64,000 nucleotides of DNA from Curvularia clavata (Eukaryota). Within the stretch, counting starts at the first letter, position 1. Each line of letters starts with the position of its first letter. The notes beneath the pieces were generated by a model that worked only from the letters and a program-made list of their open reading frames with translations, did no database searches and was not told the origin of the DNA. Shown here piece after piece: positions 47,801 through 61,551 of this stretch. Position numbers and translations under genes: made by a program. The stretch lies in contig CP089279.1 in assembly GCA_023920165.1 (NCBI GenBank), positions 310,001 through 374,000 on the forward strand. Reading direction: 5' to 3'.

Positions 47801-50800
47801 TACTTTGAAGAACGGCAAGCCGACCCGAAGTCTAATAAATATAAAAAAAGAGATGAACAGAACACACTGCCTTGAATAGGAAAAGCCCAAAGACAACTAA
47901 CCGATCCTCTGTTGGTTCAACCAATTCAGCTATATACAACTTACTTCTCAACACATCTATTGTCACATAGAGTATTCGATAAATGCAATCCAGCAACCGG
48001 CATAACAAACCAGAACTTCTGTTGATTGCAAAAGTGAAGTGCATAACCTTGATAAAGGTGTCTAATTTTGTTTATGCGCACATGCCCGGCATTCAACGCT
48101 TGACTGATCCTAACTGGCCATGTCTGACATTCGAGATACACAGAGTTGCCTGACTAATTAACTAAAGTTGTCTTTCTGAGTGAGTTGGGCGACAGGGCTT
48201 ATATCATAGCAACCCGACCACATGGTCGACTCCATTCTGTACCTTTCATATCCGTCAACCAAATTAGAATGATGAAATGAAATAATGCAGTGCAGAACGC
48301 CCGATAACCTCCTCGAGTCAATTTCAAATCGCAAAGCATCTAAAGAGTTTTCAGTTCTATCAGCACCGTAAAATGTCATTGAACCAAGGATGAAACGTCA
48401 GATTCTTGCCACACATTAGTTTAATGAAAAGGTTATAGGAAACATCGAGTGATGCGTAGCGGATCAATTTGGAGACTTGATTGGAAAACAATGTGGATAT
48501 TTCAAATTAAGAATCGATGGTCATGTAGATGAGCACCGTCTACATCGAAGTAAGATACGAACCTCAAATAGCTCGTCATTCAGGACCGAGAATCTGATAA
48601 GATGCATCAAATAATTCCTATGCACCGGATAACTACACTCCCTATGCTTGGGTTGCAAAGTCGCTCTCTTTTCGGAGTTCAATTTTTAGGAGTCTAAGAG
48701 GGCGACCTACCGTTTCTCTTAAGATGTTTCTAGAGTGTTGATCGCCCCCAGTGAACCAGAAGTAGAAAAATAGAGAGATAAATACTTCTTATGTATGTTT
48801 GACATTAGGGTGGTGGTCTGCGGCCTAAGGGGCTGCTGCCGAGGTTACATGTGTAAAGAGAAGTGTCAGCTCAGAAGGGGATCGAAACGCATAGCGCAAT
48901 GCTCCTGAGTTTACTTCATTGTAGCTGCCTGAGCTTGTATCAAAACCTCCTGCAAACTAGGGCGATTTCCCATTTCGCCTTGTATCTCGTCAACAAAACG
49001 CCTTATCGCACACAAAATTCAGCACATGAACATAGCAGGAGCACTCCTGATAACGATTGCATGTGAACCACACGGGATAAAGATACCGCCCCCTCAAGGC
49101 TGGAGACGATGGTCTGGTAAGAATACGAGATATTGATGACACATATTGTTCTAGAAGCCCAGCCAAAAAGAAAAATTCCCTTCACAAAGCGAACCCTAGC
49201 CGCGACCCGGCTGTGACACGGGACGCTGAAAGTTACTTTGCAAAAAGAAATCTATTGATCGACCCATCAGAGTCCTCGGATTCTTTACCGTGTTCCACGG
49301 CCACTATGGCTCATATAGAGGATAGCCACTCTCGTGGCAGGGCTTGCGCTACTATCAAGGGTCATGTTAGTGCCTTGACGGAACGAAACCCTACCGAGAA
49401 CGGGCATGTACTTCTAAAATGTTAGTCTTGAAGCCGGTGTATTCTCCCGTCTGACATTCTTCTGGTTGCAAAGACCTTTTGTAGACTACTGAACTTTACA
49501 AGCTATCCATGTCTTTGGTGCAGCGGATGAAAACGTCATTCCCCCTATTCATGCAGGGTCTTGGGAGAGAGATATACTTTCAGTGAGGGGATTTATGCCT
49601 TATCCGCCATGGAGAGAACAGCGCAACAAAATACTCCTTTTAAATCCAAGCCAACTGCGTCAGAGATAGGAAAAGTTAAAGGCTTGTCTTGCTTTTCCGC
49701 AGTAATGATTCTTCCACACAAGACTAAGATATTCACCCCAGAATCTGTATAACCACAAGCATGTATATTAAATGATTTCTGCCAGCCATGATTGTACAGC
49801 TGAAGAAGAGTTTTGTCGAGTAGAAATGCTCTGTGCCAAGGCAGACCCAGCTCCCCTGATACGGGGATCAATATAGCGAAGCTTGTACAGTATTTAGCGA
49901 AGAATCAGTCTCGTATGCATCTATGCAAAAGAGCGAAGCGACAATACTAGAATGATGATGGAAGCTGTTGGGAGATTGAAGAGCGGCTTGTCCCTGGATG
50001 GGAATAGGAGTTGCTGAAGTTTCTTGTGGGGTGTTTGTGGGGTGTTGAGAACAGGGCCCAGAGCCTAGTTTCTCACTAAAAACAAACTCCTCCACACACA
50101 CACGCGCACGTTGAAACTGCATGGCAAAGTCGCATGCGGCCGGGGATGCTCGTCCATCTCATAAGGGTTTAGCTAGGCGGAGCGTGAACTTTGAGTTAGC
50201 CACGCTTGCTGACGAAGCTCTCCTACCTACTTGTAGTGTGATTCGCTTCCTTAGGCTCCAGACCGAGCGGTCTGTCAGATGTGTGTGATACTGTTGCCCA
50301 TTCGCTGGTTCAGAGCTGTACATGTAGGCGTATCGCTAGTAAGTATGTAGAGCGCTTGGTGGCTTTAGGAGCACGGAGTACAGTAGAAAATCCGATGCAC
50401 GGACAGCAGTGTCTTGCAGATGTGTTATTCCATTTTGGCGAGATCGGCGCCATGTTGCCGCTCCGCTGGTACTGGAGAACCGTGGTAGTCGTTGCGCAAT
50501 GCACGTGCATACGATTCCGGTCCCATGCTCGTTTTCTCCTGCATCATAGCTGAAACTGCCAGTGGATGCGAGTGTTGGTGTTGGCACAGGTGGAGTAACA
50601 CCTTGCTTCTGCAACGCGCGATAGGTGGTAGTTAACGTGGAAAGCATTTTCATCCAGTATCTCAAGGTTTCCGATTAAACTCTTTACAGCCAGGCACGCG
50701 AGGCTATTGTTTGCAAAAACCACCTTCGTCGGAGCCGTGTCCCCGACGACCATTGTCCTACAAGTATTCCCATGGGGCAAGGCTTGCCGCGCGACGGATG

Positions 50801-51531
50801 GACTGGACACTTTGGATCCCGGGCGGAAGTAAGGGCGATTGGCTCCAGTTCGTAGATCCGGGCGCTAGAAAGCAAGCTGTCCATCGGTTCTCCATGAACG
50901 AAAACTTTGTTTGGCCCAACGCAGAACGCGCCACATCCCAGAATGTGCCTTGCATCATTGTCAACCAGTGGCGGAGCAGCCGACGCATTATCTGATCTCC
51001 GCAAGCTACTAGGATATCCTCGGCGCCCCCTACAGGGCATCAAAGCTCACCGTGGCACCCATGCCCGGCTCTCTGGATATGGACTTCTTGACTAACACAA
51101 GCTACGCTGGACAGATCACTGGTTTGAGCACTGGCATGGCGTACATGCACTTTGAAGGATTCGTTGCCACTAGCGCTCTAGAAGTGGAGTACGACATGAT
51201 TGGTCTTCTTGGGATCATGACATGCGCTAATTCTGGCTCGTCCGTCAGGCATCCCTCCATCAGATCGGGTCCTCGCAATTAGCAAGGGTTTCATTCGCCT
51301 GGCTGCACTAAGTTTCGCGTATTTGCGGCAACTCGGGTTGTGGGCGTGCGAGCTCTCCTACTTGTACATACATGAGCTACTTCGGCCGCACCCATCGTTC
51401 GTTCCGCCACATAATCGAAGGAGAACGCCTTTCAATATGACGAGTCGTGGTTAAGAGTCACTCCTTTTCGACACCTGTGTATTAATACCTTTTGAAGATC
51501 CACCCCACTGGATCCATTCTCCACTCTCGCC

Positions 51532-52960
51532 ATGGACAATCTCACCCCTGAGCAGTTGGCTGTACTGGCCAAGGAGGATCAAGGCCCTCTCACCAAGTCG
51601 ATTGTAATTGCGTTTACGACACTAGCTGTTGTTGCTGTAGTATTACGGGTCTTCACTCGTCTTCGATACGTAGGGGTGCGGTTAGGATGGGAGGTAATTG
51701 TCTATCGAAACCTACTTGTCACTGCTAGAGACTGACATTTGTTAGGACTACACAATCATTGTCTCGTTGGTGAGATATCTCGAGACTCGTACACATGAGA
51801 ATTGGGCTGATATTGTCTAGATGATGACGATCGTTTCAGCAGTCTTTCAAATCCTCCGTAAGAAAACACACAAACTATGTCAAAGACAATTCCATTAACA
51901 CAGAACAGAGGCAAACGCCGGAAATGGCAAGCATATTATGTTTGTCGATGTTGCTCAGATGAAAAACATTCTCCATGTATGGATAGGGCGGCGTTATCAT
52001 GTAAATGTACCTACTGACCACAACAGTACTTATTCTGGAGTATCGTATTCTACAACATCAGCCTTACCTGCACAAAGATGTCTATCTTGCTTCAATATCG
52101 TCGAATTTTCAATGTACAGACAATGCGCATTCCGCTGTACGTTACTATGGCTTTGTGCATGGCTTGGGGCATTTCATCAATTATCCTCGGAGGCTTCACA
52201 TGCGCACCCGGGCCCCCTGATCAACAGATAGAGGCGGAACAACAAAAAAAGTGCCTCCCTACCTACAAGTCAGTACCGCATTTCCTATTCTCTGTGAGCT
52301 GCAGCGCCTGTGCAGGATGATAAGCTCTTCACGACAAGAAGAAGCATATGCTAATGGCTAAGTAGCACATGGTACGCTGCCGCCTCGATGAACATCTTCA
52401 GCGATCTCCTGGTAGCCTTCCTTCCCGTAAGAGTCATCTGGAATCTACAGATTGCGAAACGTCCGAAGATAGCACTGATCGGAATTATGACCATTGGATG
52501 GTTTGTGTGTGTGGTATCCATCCTTCGTCTACACTCTCTTACCGTCCTTGTGGCACACCCATTCGACTCTACATATTACAGTGCGGCGGCTGCATACTGG
52601 TCATCCATCGAGATGAATCTCGCTATCGTATGTGCATCGCTACCGGCACTCAAGCCACTGGTTGTCAAGATCATACCCGGCTTCTCGTCTCGCGGTGGCA
52701 GCGACGGATACGGATTGGGGACTGATGGCCATACCAAAGTGAAGATCACGTCACATGGGGTTAGGAGCACAGCGAGGCGCGCCGATATGGACGACATTGA
52801 ACTGGGTGTTTCGGGCAGCACTGTGTACCCTAACAAGCCCAGCGACGACGGCGTCTTGAGCAAAAACATCTACGTTTCACGGCAATTCTCGCAGCACTAC
52901 GACGACAACTCGCGCAACAGCGATAGTGAGAGTCAGAAGGACCTCGTCGAACGATACTGA
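51532..52960 (+). CDS. PTH11-like integral membrane protein (fungal rhodopsin domain, no CFEM)
   Basis: Motifs VVLRVFTR, LGWE|DY, GNGKH, KMSILLQYRRIF, NIFSDLLVAFLP, VSILRL and WSSIEMNLAIVCASLPALKP. About 5 introns. Confidence 0.88.
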
Positions 52961-54554
52961 AACGTCTGTGCATTAGATAATACTATCACCTTATCACGAC
53001 CTTAATTAATTCGCACCGTATATTCTCACATTCCATTCACTCCACATCCCTAAGTATCGCTCCACATTCCCATTGCCCCACATGTATGTGGGTCTGCATC
53101 CTTTCCGCTCAGCACTCCCTGCAACCCCTGCTCCGCGTTAAACAATCGCCTGTCGATAGCGACCCTTGCAAAATTCGGCAATCTAGATTCCCATGCTGGT
53201 ATGTGTGTAATACGTATGCATGCCCAAGCACTGGAAAAGACATCCGCTGTCTGTGCAGCCTCGGTTGCCTGCAGCACCTGTTCTGGTCTGGATGTTCTGG
53301 CCTCTATTTCCAACCTCCCACCCTTCCCTTGCCTTCCCGTTCCCCCCGGCCTACCCCCGGCCCGTCTAATTGGCGCGGCAAGCTTGCGCCATCCGCGAAA
53401 AGGCCCGATTCGGTTCAACCCACCGGCGGGTTACTTTTCGCTTAAGCATTCCCAGTGTCATGGGCAGACAGGCACCTGCCAGATCGGCTACTAGATTCTA
53501 CAACGCATCAGCCTTGCTCAAAGTTTAAACTCGCCTCATTCAACTTTTCGGCTGCCAGCTGACCAGCCGCTCGCCTGGAATTACAATTTTTTTCTTCTGT
53601 TTCCTTGTGACTTATGACCGTCACGGACATGCAGCTTGCAGCGTCACTTAATCCGTATTCATAACGTTAACATGATGCCACATATATCCACCAAAGGCCC
53701 GATAGCTTACGACCAAGCGGCGCGTGGGTCACGGAAATCCCGTCACTCTTCCCCGTATTCCCAAATGATGCCCAAGCGTATTCCCTGACATCGGTCCGGT
53801 TGCTTCGCCCAGCGATCCAGACATGTTGCGATCGTTATCTTTTTTATTTTAGATCTGTCAATGCCCTGCTTCCTTGTAAAATTTCAACGGTGTTTTAGTA
53901 CGATTCGCAATTTATATGCGATGTACATTATGATCGACACCTAAGGTTTCGGCTTGGAGCGACTTGAGAAGCCACGGAAAGCGACCCGATCTCGACATGA
54001 AGGCTACAGAGTGGATAAGACCCTTGAACGCATAACGTCAACGCTCCGACATCTAGTGTTTCCGTTGGAAATGGTGGAGATAATTGACTGTGTAGAACAT
54101 ATTTGGTAGTGGAGCATTGTATACTTCGTACATATTGTATGTTCTACCTGTACTAACCAAATTCGTTGCGACAGCCTCCATGTGAAGCTATACCTTCTCT
54201 GCAAATGTACAAGGGTTGTTATCTCGTTTACTGCTAGAATCTGAACATGTGCATTTTTTGATTGGTTATCATTTTCCAAGAACAGCTGAGATGCTCAGCT
54301 TTCGCCCCTAGCGCATCCTGCATTGCTTTTTGATGCTCATCGAGTCATACCACAGCGCATGTCAGATGCTTAATGGGTAGGTTCGGGCACCGCCACAAAA
54401 GCCATGTGGTCTGTCATCAGCCCCAATCTCTTGTGACGGCAATGTAGGCATGAATCGTTTTAGATGTAATCCTTCTTTATTTCCCCTACGTAGTATCTCT
54501 CGCTATCGCTTTCGCATGGTGGCAACAGCTGGTATTAGCCGGAAAACGCTGCGA

Positions 54555-56228
54555 TTATCGAAACTGAGCATATGCGAAATGTGCTGGAGCCAAAACAGGT
54601 TGCATCACCCCGAACGAGTACAGCCCCATCATCATGCCTGTGAAAGGTTGGCCAACCTCAGGGGGTCGAGTCATGACGTGGGTATCAACTTCTCCCAGCC
54701 AGGTCCAATCCTGAGGCGCCTGTTGCGTCTCATGCTTTATCTCTCGGAACCCCAGTCGATAGCTGGTAGGGGTGCTTTCGATTATGAGCTTCACTGCGCC
54801 TTGCTCCGAAACGATTACATCTTTGACCTCCATATCTGGATTAGTCATTCGAACAACTCGCTGTAGTTGCCCATTATAATCTACGAGTGTGATTCCTATA
54901 CTCGCATAGCAAGTATGGTTCCACCAAACTACAGTCCCAGCCTCAACACGTGGAATGTCTGGTTGGAAATCCAGCTGTGTCTCCCAAGTAACAGGCCAGT
55001 GCCTTTGCTTTCGTAGAAAGAGTGTTGGACAAGCAGACATTGATAGAGTGTAAGGGCCACCGTATAGGGTAAGCTCGTCTGGGCGTGCGGTCAAGGAGAA
55101 ATCCTGTCTGACCGGAGTATCTGTTCACGTTTAGCAAGACCGTGTCAGACATAGTAGTGGCAGCTGAGCTAACGTACTCTTTCTGTACCATCCAAGACCT
55201 AACTTGATACCTGTAAAGTCATCCTTCCACCTTTTGTCATCTTCCAATAAGTAAGTATTTGGTGCTTCCATTTTTAATGAGATTGGTTTGCCCTCGTTGA
55301 ATATTGGCCAGTCATCTTCCCAGCGAACTGGGAGCAGCATTGACTCGCGTCCGAAGACCGAAGTCCGCCACTCGCTACCTTCCTTCCTGGGCCGCACACC
55401 CAGGCACATGGCCCACCACTGTCCGTGAGAATCTTCAACAACATCGCAATGGCCAGTATTTTGTATGTCATCATCAGTTGTATTGCGCCAAAGTGGGTTG
55501 TGTGGGGCTGACTCCCATGGGCCGAGAGGACTTTCTCGGCTTCGAATCACATATTCGCAGTGCCCAGACTCCGTCCCTCCTTCGGCAGTGAACAAGTAGT
55601 AATAACCATTGCGTTTGAAGAGATGAGATCCTTCGGCAATGCCTGACACCGACTCGCGTACCATCTTTGGCCTCGATGCCAAAGTCCCAGACTTAAGATC
55701 CACAGTAGATATGTGTACTGCGAAATCTTTCATCTTGGGGTCCGGAGAGCGATCGACCTTGCGATAGGTGGATGACAGGTACACGAGACCGTCGTCATCC
55801 CAGAAAAGGTCAAAATCGAACCCGACTTGGTCGAAGTATACAGGGTCTGACCAACTACTATCATTCCAAATGTTGTGAGTCTTTACGTAGAAGCCTCGAG
55901 GCCATACTCGGTCATCAGTTTGCGGCCGATACCGGTCGAAAGAATTGGTGATGATGTAAAATTCACCGTCATGATACCGAATAGTTGTTGCCCAAATGCC
56001 GGCACCTGGTTCGGGCGTTTTGATGTCTAGTTGCGACTTCCGGGTGAGGGCATGCCCAATCAGCACCCATTTGATCAGATCTTTGCTATGGTAGATTGGT
56101 ACTCCCGGGAAGTATTCGAAAGATGACGTGACGCAGAAAAAGTCATCCCCGACGCGGACGATTGACGGATCTGGATTGAATCCCGGAAGAACAGGATTGG
56201 CAAAAGTGCCTGTCGCCGGGTGCGCCAT
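54555..56228 (-). CDS. Glycoside hydrolase family 43 (beta-xylosidase/arabinofuranosidase-like), no signal peptide
   Basis: Motifs NPVLPGFNPDPSIVRVG, SSFEYFPGVP, EGSHLFK, AEGGT and GHCD. C-terminal concanavalin-like domain ending FTGMMMGLY. Intron 55121-55177. Confidence 0.9.
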
Positions 56229-57400
56229 GTTCTCACTGTTGCGCTACTTCGTACAAGGGGGTAAGGGATGTTGTTGACCGGAAAAGAAAGCAATCGCAAG
56301 CTACAGCTCGACCTAGTATGCGGTTTCGAGTTCTACATGTGGTGCTTGGCATGGGTCGTTGCGCGCCGAGGCATACTGGGCGCTACCACGTATACTGTGT
56401 ATGGCCATGTTGCCGCGAGCGGAGTCCTGCTTTGAGTAAGCCGATGGGAGTTCGGTAAAGAGATTTCCCTCAAATCATGAGCTTCATCACGGTAACGGGT
56501 GACGGCTCGGGACCTCGGGACCGTTGTGGGTCAGAGGAGAGGGATACATGGCGGGGTGCAGCTTGGCGGCGCGAGCCGCGCTAGTACTGCTTCTTTTACC
56601 TGCCATCCTGCTGAAATAATAATGGCGATGCAGCATGGGCCCAAGCCTCACCAAACTTACCAAAGTGCTCCAAGCTTCCTTACCTTGCAGGCGGTGACCA
56701 GGTACCAAGGTAGTCACGTGGACCACTGGATCTCCCATGACAACCGATTGTGCAGCAGTAGTAGCGACGTCACTATACATCTACTGCCTGGCTACATAAC
56801 CGCGACGGTGCCGGGGGCCCACATTATATCTGAGAGGAGTGTCTTTTGACTCTGGCTAGCCCAACGACTATGGCGGATGATATTTGCGCCTACTATTCGG
56901 GCATGCCTCGAGGGAGACGACAACAATCTGTGGCTGTTTGCCTTTTGATGGCGTCTGGGAAACAAGACAGAGCCGACTGCTTCTGCATTACGCACATGGT
57001 TGCTAATCTAAGTGCCAGCAATGCTCGTGGTTTTAGCAGAGCTAATCGTATCGAGCTATTGAGAAGAGCCGGAACGCCGCCGAAGAGATTGGTTCAATAA
57101 CATTCAACCCTGCGTCAGCAACCGTCGTTCCTATGAAGCCGAAATTGGCATATGAGTTGTGCCCTGGTCTGGCTATAAACTACCTTGGCGCCCATTATAA
57201 ACATTTATCTCCGGACCAACCGCGCGGGGCTTAGATCTCGGCAGATGCGAAATAAGATTTCAAATCCAAAGAGTGTTCGTTATAGACCCTGTCACCCTAC
57301 AAAATTCTATGTGTATGAAATCCGCGCACACCATGACAAGAATATTGCCAATTTGATCAAACATCTCACCATATTCCATTCCCCACATTCCATTTATAGT

Positions 57401-58529
57401 TCAGTAAGTCACGGACATGCCTCCAGGAAGCTGCTTCAGCCAATTGCCGCCCATACCCACGTCTTCCACTGCTTGTTGTGCCTTCTTACATTTCATCGAG
57501 TCCTGCGCGGACTGAATCTTCAAAACTTGACAGTTGGCATTTGCGCATTTGCCAGTAGGTAGAGCATCCATAGCCCTTTGCAACGAGTCGTCTTTCCAAC
57601 CGAAGAGATAGTCGCCGTGCTGGCCATAGCCGACCCTGGATTGAGTTAGCGAATGTGAGAAGACGGCAGTCAGTATCTAAGACTCACCCATCACCAAAAC
57701 TATACACAAATGGTTGCTTGCCATTTCCGTACCAAGCATTGTTCTTGTACCGACCAGTATCCCACATAATTTCATACATGACCTGGGGGATAGCAACTGG
57801 GTGCGTACTGGGGCAGTTTGGTGATCCAAGACCACCGCTGTTTGAGTATGCTACATGGCTCTTATGGTCTGGCGAGTCAAGATTCTTACCATCCCAGCAT
57901 GAAGGGAAGATGACGGTTGCTCGTATGCCGCCAGGGCAGTATTTGGTTGGCAGCTCTGCAGTATCCTTCGCATCGCAGGGGGCAAAGCCTTCACCGTTGC
58001 CCAAACATCGATGACAGATGCTCGCACGATTAGGTTTCTTAGCCATGGGATCGCCAGCAATCATGCGAAAACCGGGCCTGAAGGCTGTCATCTTGTTGTT
58101 CTTGGCGGAGTACGGCATATAATACACGGTCATTCCGCCATCTTGCTGGAGGCCAACGTTCGCGAACTGAGGTACGCGTTGAAAGGTGCCATTATCAGGC
58201 GATCGGAAGTAAAGAGATGCTGTCCAGTAGTTGCTGAAGTCTTCGCTGTAAGTGCAAGATGTGCATGTGGAACGGCTAGGTGGGTCAAAGACGCCGGGCT
58301 CCATCTGGGAGTGTCAGCCTGAAATAGAGATTGAAGTTGAGATGCTTACGGTGATATTGAACGAGTTCCCTCCAATTATCTGGTGTGTGTGTGGTGAGGG
58401 CCGCTCTCCAGGAGTCACGAGTGGATCGGCTCGCTCGACAGTTAGCTGAGAGCATGCGAATCGAAGCATGTTTTGAGCCGAGACACATTGAGTCAACAAT
58501 GGGCTTAGAGCAAGCGTATACCAGAACAT
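57401..58529 (-). CDS. Secreted DUF1996 domain protein
   Basis: Signal peptide. Motifs LRFACSQLTVERADPLV.PG, HTHQIIGGNSF, CTSCTYSEDFSNYWT, FPSCWDGKNLDSPDHKSH and GYGQHGDYLFGW. Two introns. Confidence 0.88.
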
Positions 58530-59263
58530 TGTGAATTAATCTCTCAGAGGAAGTTGGTGAGAAAAAGGCAGCATAACCAAGTCGAATCAGGGTGGCCTTT
58601 TAATTATATCGCAAATGCCTACATTCAGTCGAGCATGACACCGCGAGTTTCCTCAATTGCCGGCCAAGGACCCGAATGCAATCAATAGCTTTACCAATGA
58701 CAATCCCCTAAAGTATGAATTATGTTAGGTCGTGATAGCCAGTGACCAGTAACTGGACTGAGTTCTCTTCATGTTGTTTTCTGGATGAAATCCTTAATAT
58801 ATACAACGAATCGGCAATTAGTGAGGGTCACGAGAGGGAAGGTTGATCAAATGTTCACTGCGTGTGTTGCCCCATACAGCTCCACATCCCTCTGAGCCCC
58901 ACAATCCAACATGTGGCAACTGGAGGTGTTTCTTCTGCAGGATAATGGTTGAATCGAGTGGTTACTACAGGAGATCAAAGGGAGGATAGAAGCAAGAGTT
59001 AAAGAGTAGAGACCTTTCTCATTGTAACTGTCTATCGGCACAATCAAAAACCATTCTTCATAGAAAGCTTCTCCCCAGAGCTTCTTTTAAGCCCCCAATT
59101 TATATAGGTTAAGAGTATTGGGATATAGTGTCCGTTGCACAAGGTTATTCGTAGCCGCAGGCTAAAATATAGCCTCTCCAAGAAGACCCTAAGCATGATG
59201 GTTAGCGCGACGACCAAAACCCTGTACGAAGGGGTTTGGAAGCAGTATATGGAAAAAAACTTA

Positions 59264-59524
59264 CTAAGCACAATACAGCTGTCCATAGAAGGCGCAATCC
59301 TCGTTGGGGCACGTGAGGTCTTCGTCCGCCGCAGTGTTGCATTGGATGCATGTCGGCCATGTCGCTAACTCAGGGCCTTTGCCGTTGGACTGCGACTTGC
59401 CAGTTTCTTGGCTAGTCTTGCTCTTGGACTGCGACTTGCCGGATGCTTGGCTCCTCTTGTTGTTGGATTGTGACTTGCCAGAGGCCTGGCTTGTCTTGTT
59501 GAATTGCGACTTTTCAGCTGTCAT
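59264..59524 (-). CDS. Hypothetical 86-aa protein: 13-aa S/K/Q repeats plus C-terminal Cys cluster
   Basis: Repeats KTSQASGKSQSNN / KRSQASGKSQSKS / KTSQETGKSQSNG, then CIQC-x9-CPNEDC. The ATG is preceded by AAAA. Confidence 0.5.
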   Translation of the reverse strand: MTAEKSQFNKTSQASGKSQSNNKRSQASGKSQSKSKTSQETGKSQSNGKGPELATWPTCIQCNTAADEDLTCPNEDCAFYGQLYCA

Positions 59525-60294
59525 TTTTGATAGTATACGATATAGTAAGGTTGAAATCAAGTTGTGGTGATGTTATACTAAAGAAGTGTAACTCAAATAT
59601 CCAAGAAAAATATAGGAAAATATACCTGCCTTCACCGACTAACTGTCAGTGCACTCCTCTTCCTACAGGCGTTTGCTCTTTCTCTTAATCTATGAGTGTT
59701 TGCTGCCTTAGGCGGCAACTATTGGTTTTGTCATTTTATCGTCGTTTGCCCCCACATTCTACACTCTTTTACTTCTCCATGCTACGACTATTGGTTTACT
59801 TATCTTGTGATCGTTTGCCTCGTCACTCTATAACCGTCTACCCTCTCATTCTACAGCCGTTTGTTTCTTTATTCAGTAACCATTTGCTCCTTCACCCTGT
59901 AACAGCTTGTTTGCCCAAGGCACGGGCTAAGCATATGACTAGGACTCTATCTTCATACGCATATGATTGACGGTCAGTGAATAATCCACGTCGATCACAC
60001 TCATAATTACCTCCCCAAAAAGCGCTTTTTAGAAGACGCCCTAACCCATATCCACTCTGCATAAGAATCACTTGTATTTTTGATATGTATCTCTTGAGAA
60101 TTATAGGACTTGGAAGGGCGTAGAGCTGTATGGGGTAACACGCGAAGCAAAAGATTAGGAAATTTCATACTGCTTTAAAGTGATTAATCTTCATTTCAAG
60201 TGAGGTCTCCAGTGAACAGCTAGCTAGGCTTAGGTACTGAGTAGAAATTGAACAACGAGAGACCGATATGAAGAACAGGACATTAAGATCGACA

Positions 60295-61551
60295 CTAGTA
60301 AAGTGGCAAGTAGCCATATACCTTCTTGAGCTGTTCCCAGGTAATGTACTCTCCATACATGAGCTTTGACACCCTCTTAGCAGCCCAAAGGCTTCCCTTC
60401 GGCGAAGCGATGGACTGGTGGAACATAATTTCGGGGCTCTCAGAAGCCATGTAGGCGGAAAGTGAAGTGAAACCAAGCGTTTGCTCCACAATTTCCTGCT
60501 TTTGACCCCCGGACTGCGTTTCTAGATGCTCCTTCTCTTCTTCTTTCTCCTTCTCCTTCTCCCTGATGAAGTTTATGACAAGCTTCTTGAACTCGACGAT
60601 CTGCCGACTTCTCTCGTCAGACCGCCCAGAGATATTGACCAAATTTGGGCAGAACGACAATTGCTCAAGAGGAGCCGCCTGAGCTCTGCTCCAGTCAATG
60701 ACTCCAGTAAGATTATATTCGTCGTCGAAGAGAAGGTTCCTGTGATGAAAATCGAGATGACAAAGTGGAAATGGGCCACGAACTCTATCTTCAACGATAG
60801 TGCGAGTTAGAGCTGATTTCAAGACCCAGCATGCTGTCAGCTGATCCGCGTCATCCGGATACAAATCCATGATCAGTCGATTCTGCCCCTGACGTTGGTT
60901 GTAAAAGTATTCCAGCGAGGTTTCCAAAGGACCCGGCGAATGATGCCACACCGCCATGGGAATGATCGTGACTGGCTGGTCTAGTGTATCCCCACACCAA
61001 ATCCGCCCGATACGGCTGAAAGTGAGGTTTTGGAGCTCTGCGAAGACGTTTGCCAATTGTTTGGCTACCTTGGCTTGGTATTGCGGAAGTGTTCTTGCCA
61101 GCCCATTGTTGAGCTTGTGACCGCTCATGTACTCCATCAAAACGTATGGGTACCCAAATGGATCATCTGTCTTGACCTCAAATCCATATATACGAGGTAC
61201 TGGAATGGTTGTGCGTTGGCGGACAAGGTTCATCGTAGCTATTTCGCTGAGCAAGGAGGTCTTGGTATGACTGTTGACAGTGCGATACGGGATCCTGGCG
61301 ATCCAACGGATTCCGTCGGAGAACGCGACTTCAAAAACAAGGTTCTCATAGCCAGTTGCAAATCGATCGAGATCGATACTGCAGTTGATATCGGGAGGCA
61401 AATCAGTCTGATCTTTGTACCGCGCGTCTACCGCACACTTCTTGAGGTGCTGGAAATTTGCTGAATCCAGAACAGTCTTGACTAGCCCGTACTTTTCAGA
61501 CTTTGGAGGTATGTCAGTGAAGCCTGACCAATCCTCACTGGGAGCTGTCAT
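60295..61551 (-). CDS. APH/choline-kinase-like phosphotransferase family protein
   Basis: Motifs FSDGIRWIARIP, SEIATM..V...TTIPVPRIY, YVLMEYMSG, LCHLDFHHRNLLFD and GVIDW. Intronless. Confidence 0.88.
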   Translation of the reverse strand: MTAPSEDWSGFTDIPPKSEKYGLVKTVLDSANFQHLKKCAVDARYKDQTDLPPDINCSIDLDRFATGYENLVFEVAFSDGIRWIARIPYRTVNSHTKTSLLSEIATMNLVRQRTTIPVPRIYGFEVKTDDPFGYPYVLMEYMSGHKLNNGLARTLPQYQAKVAKQLANVFAELQNLTFSRIGRIWCGDTLDQPVTIIPMAVWHHSPGPLETSLEYFYNQRQGQNRLIMDLYPDDADQLTACWVLKSALTRTIVEDRVRGPFPLCHLDFHHRNLLFDDEYNLTGVIDWSRAQAAPLEQLSFCPNLVNISGRSDERSRQIVEFKKLVINFIREKEKEKEEEKEHLETQSGGQKQEIVEQTLGFTSLSAYMASESPEIMFHQSIASPKGSLWAAKRVSKLMYGEYITWEQLKKVYGYLPLY

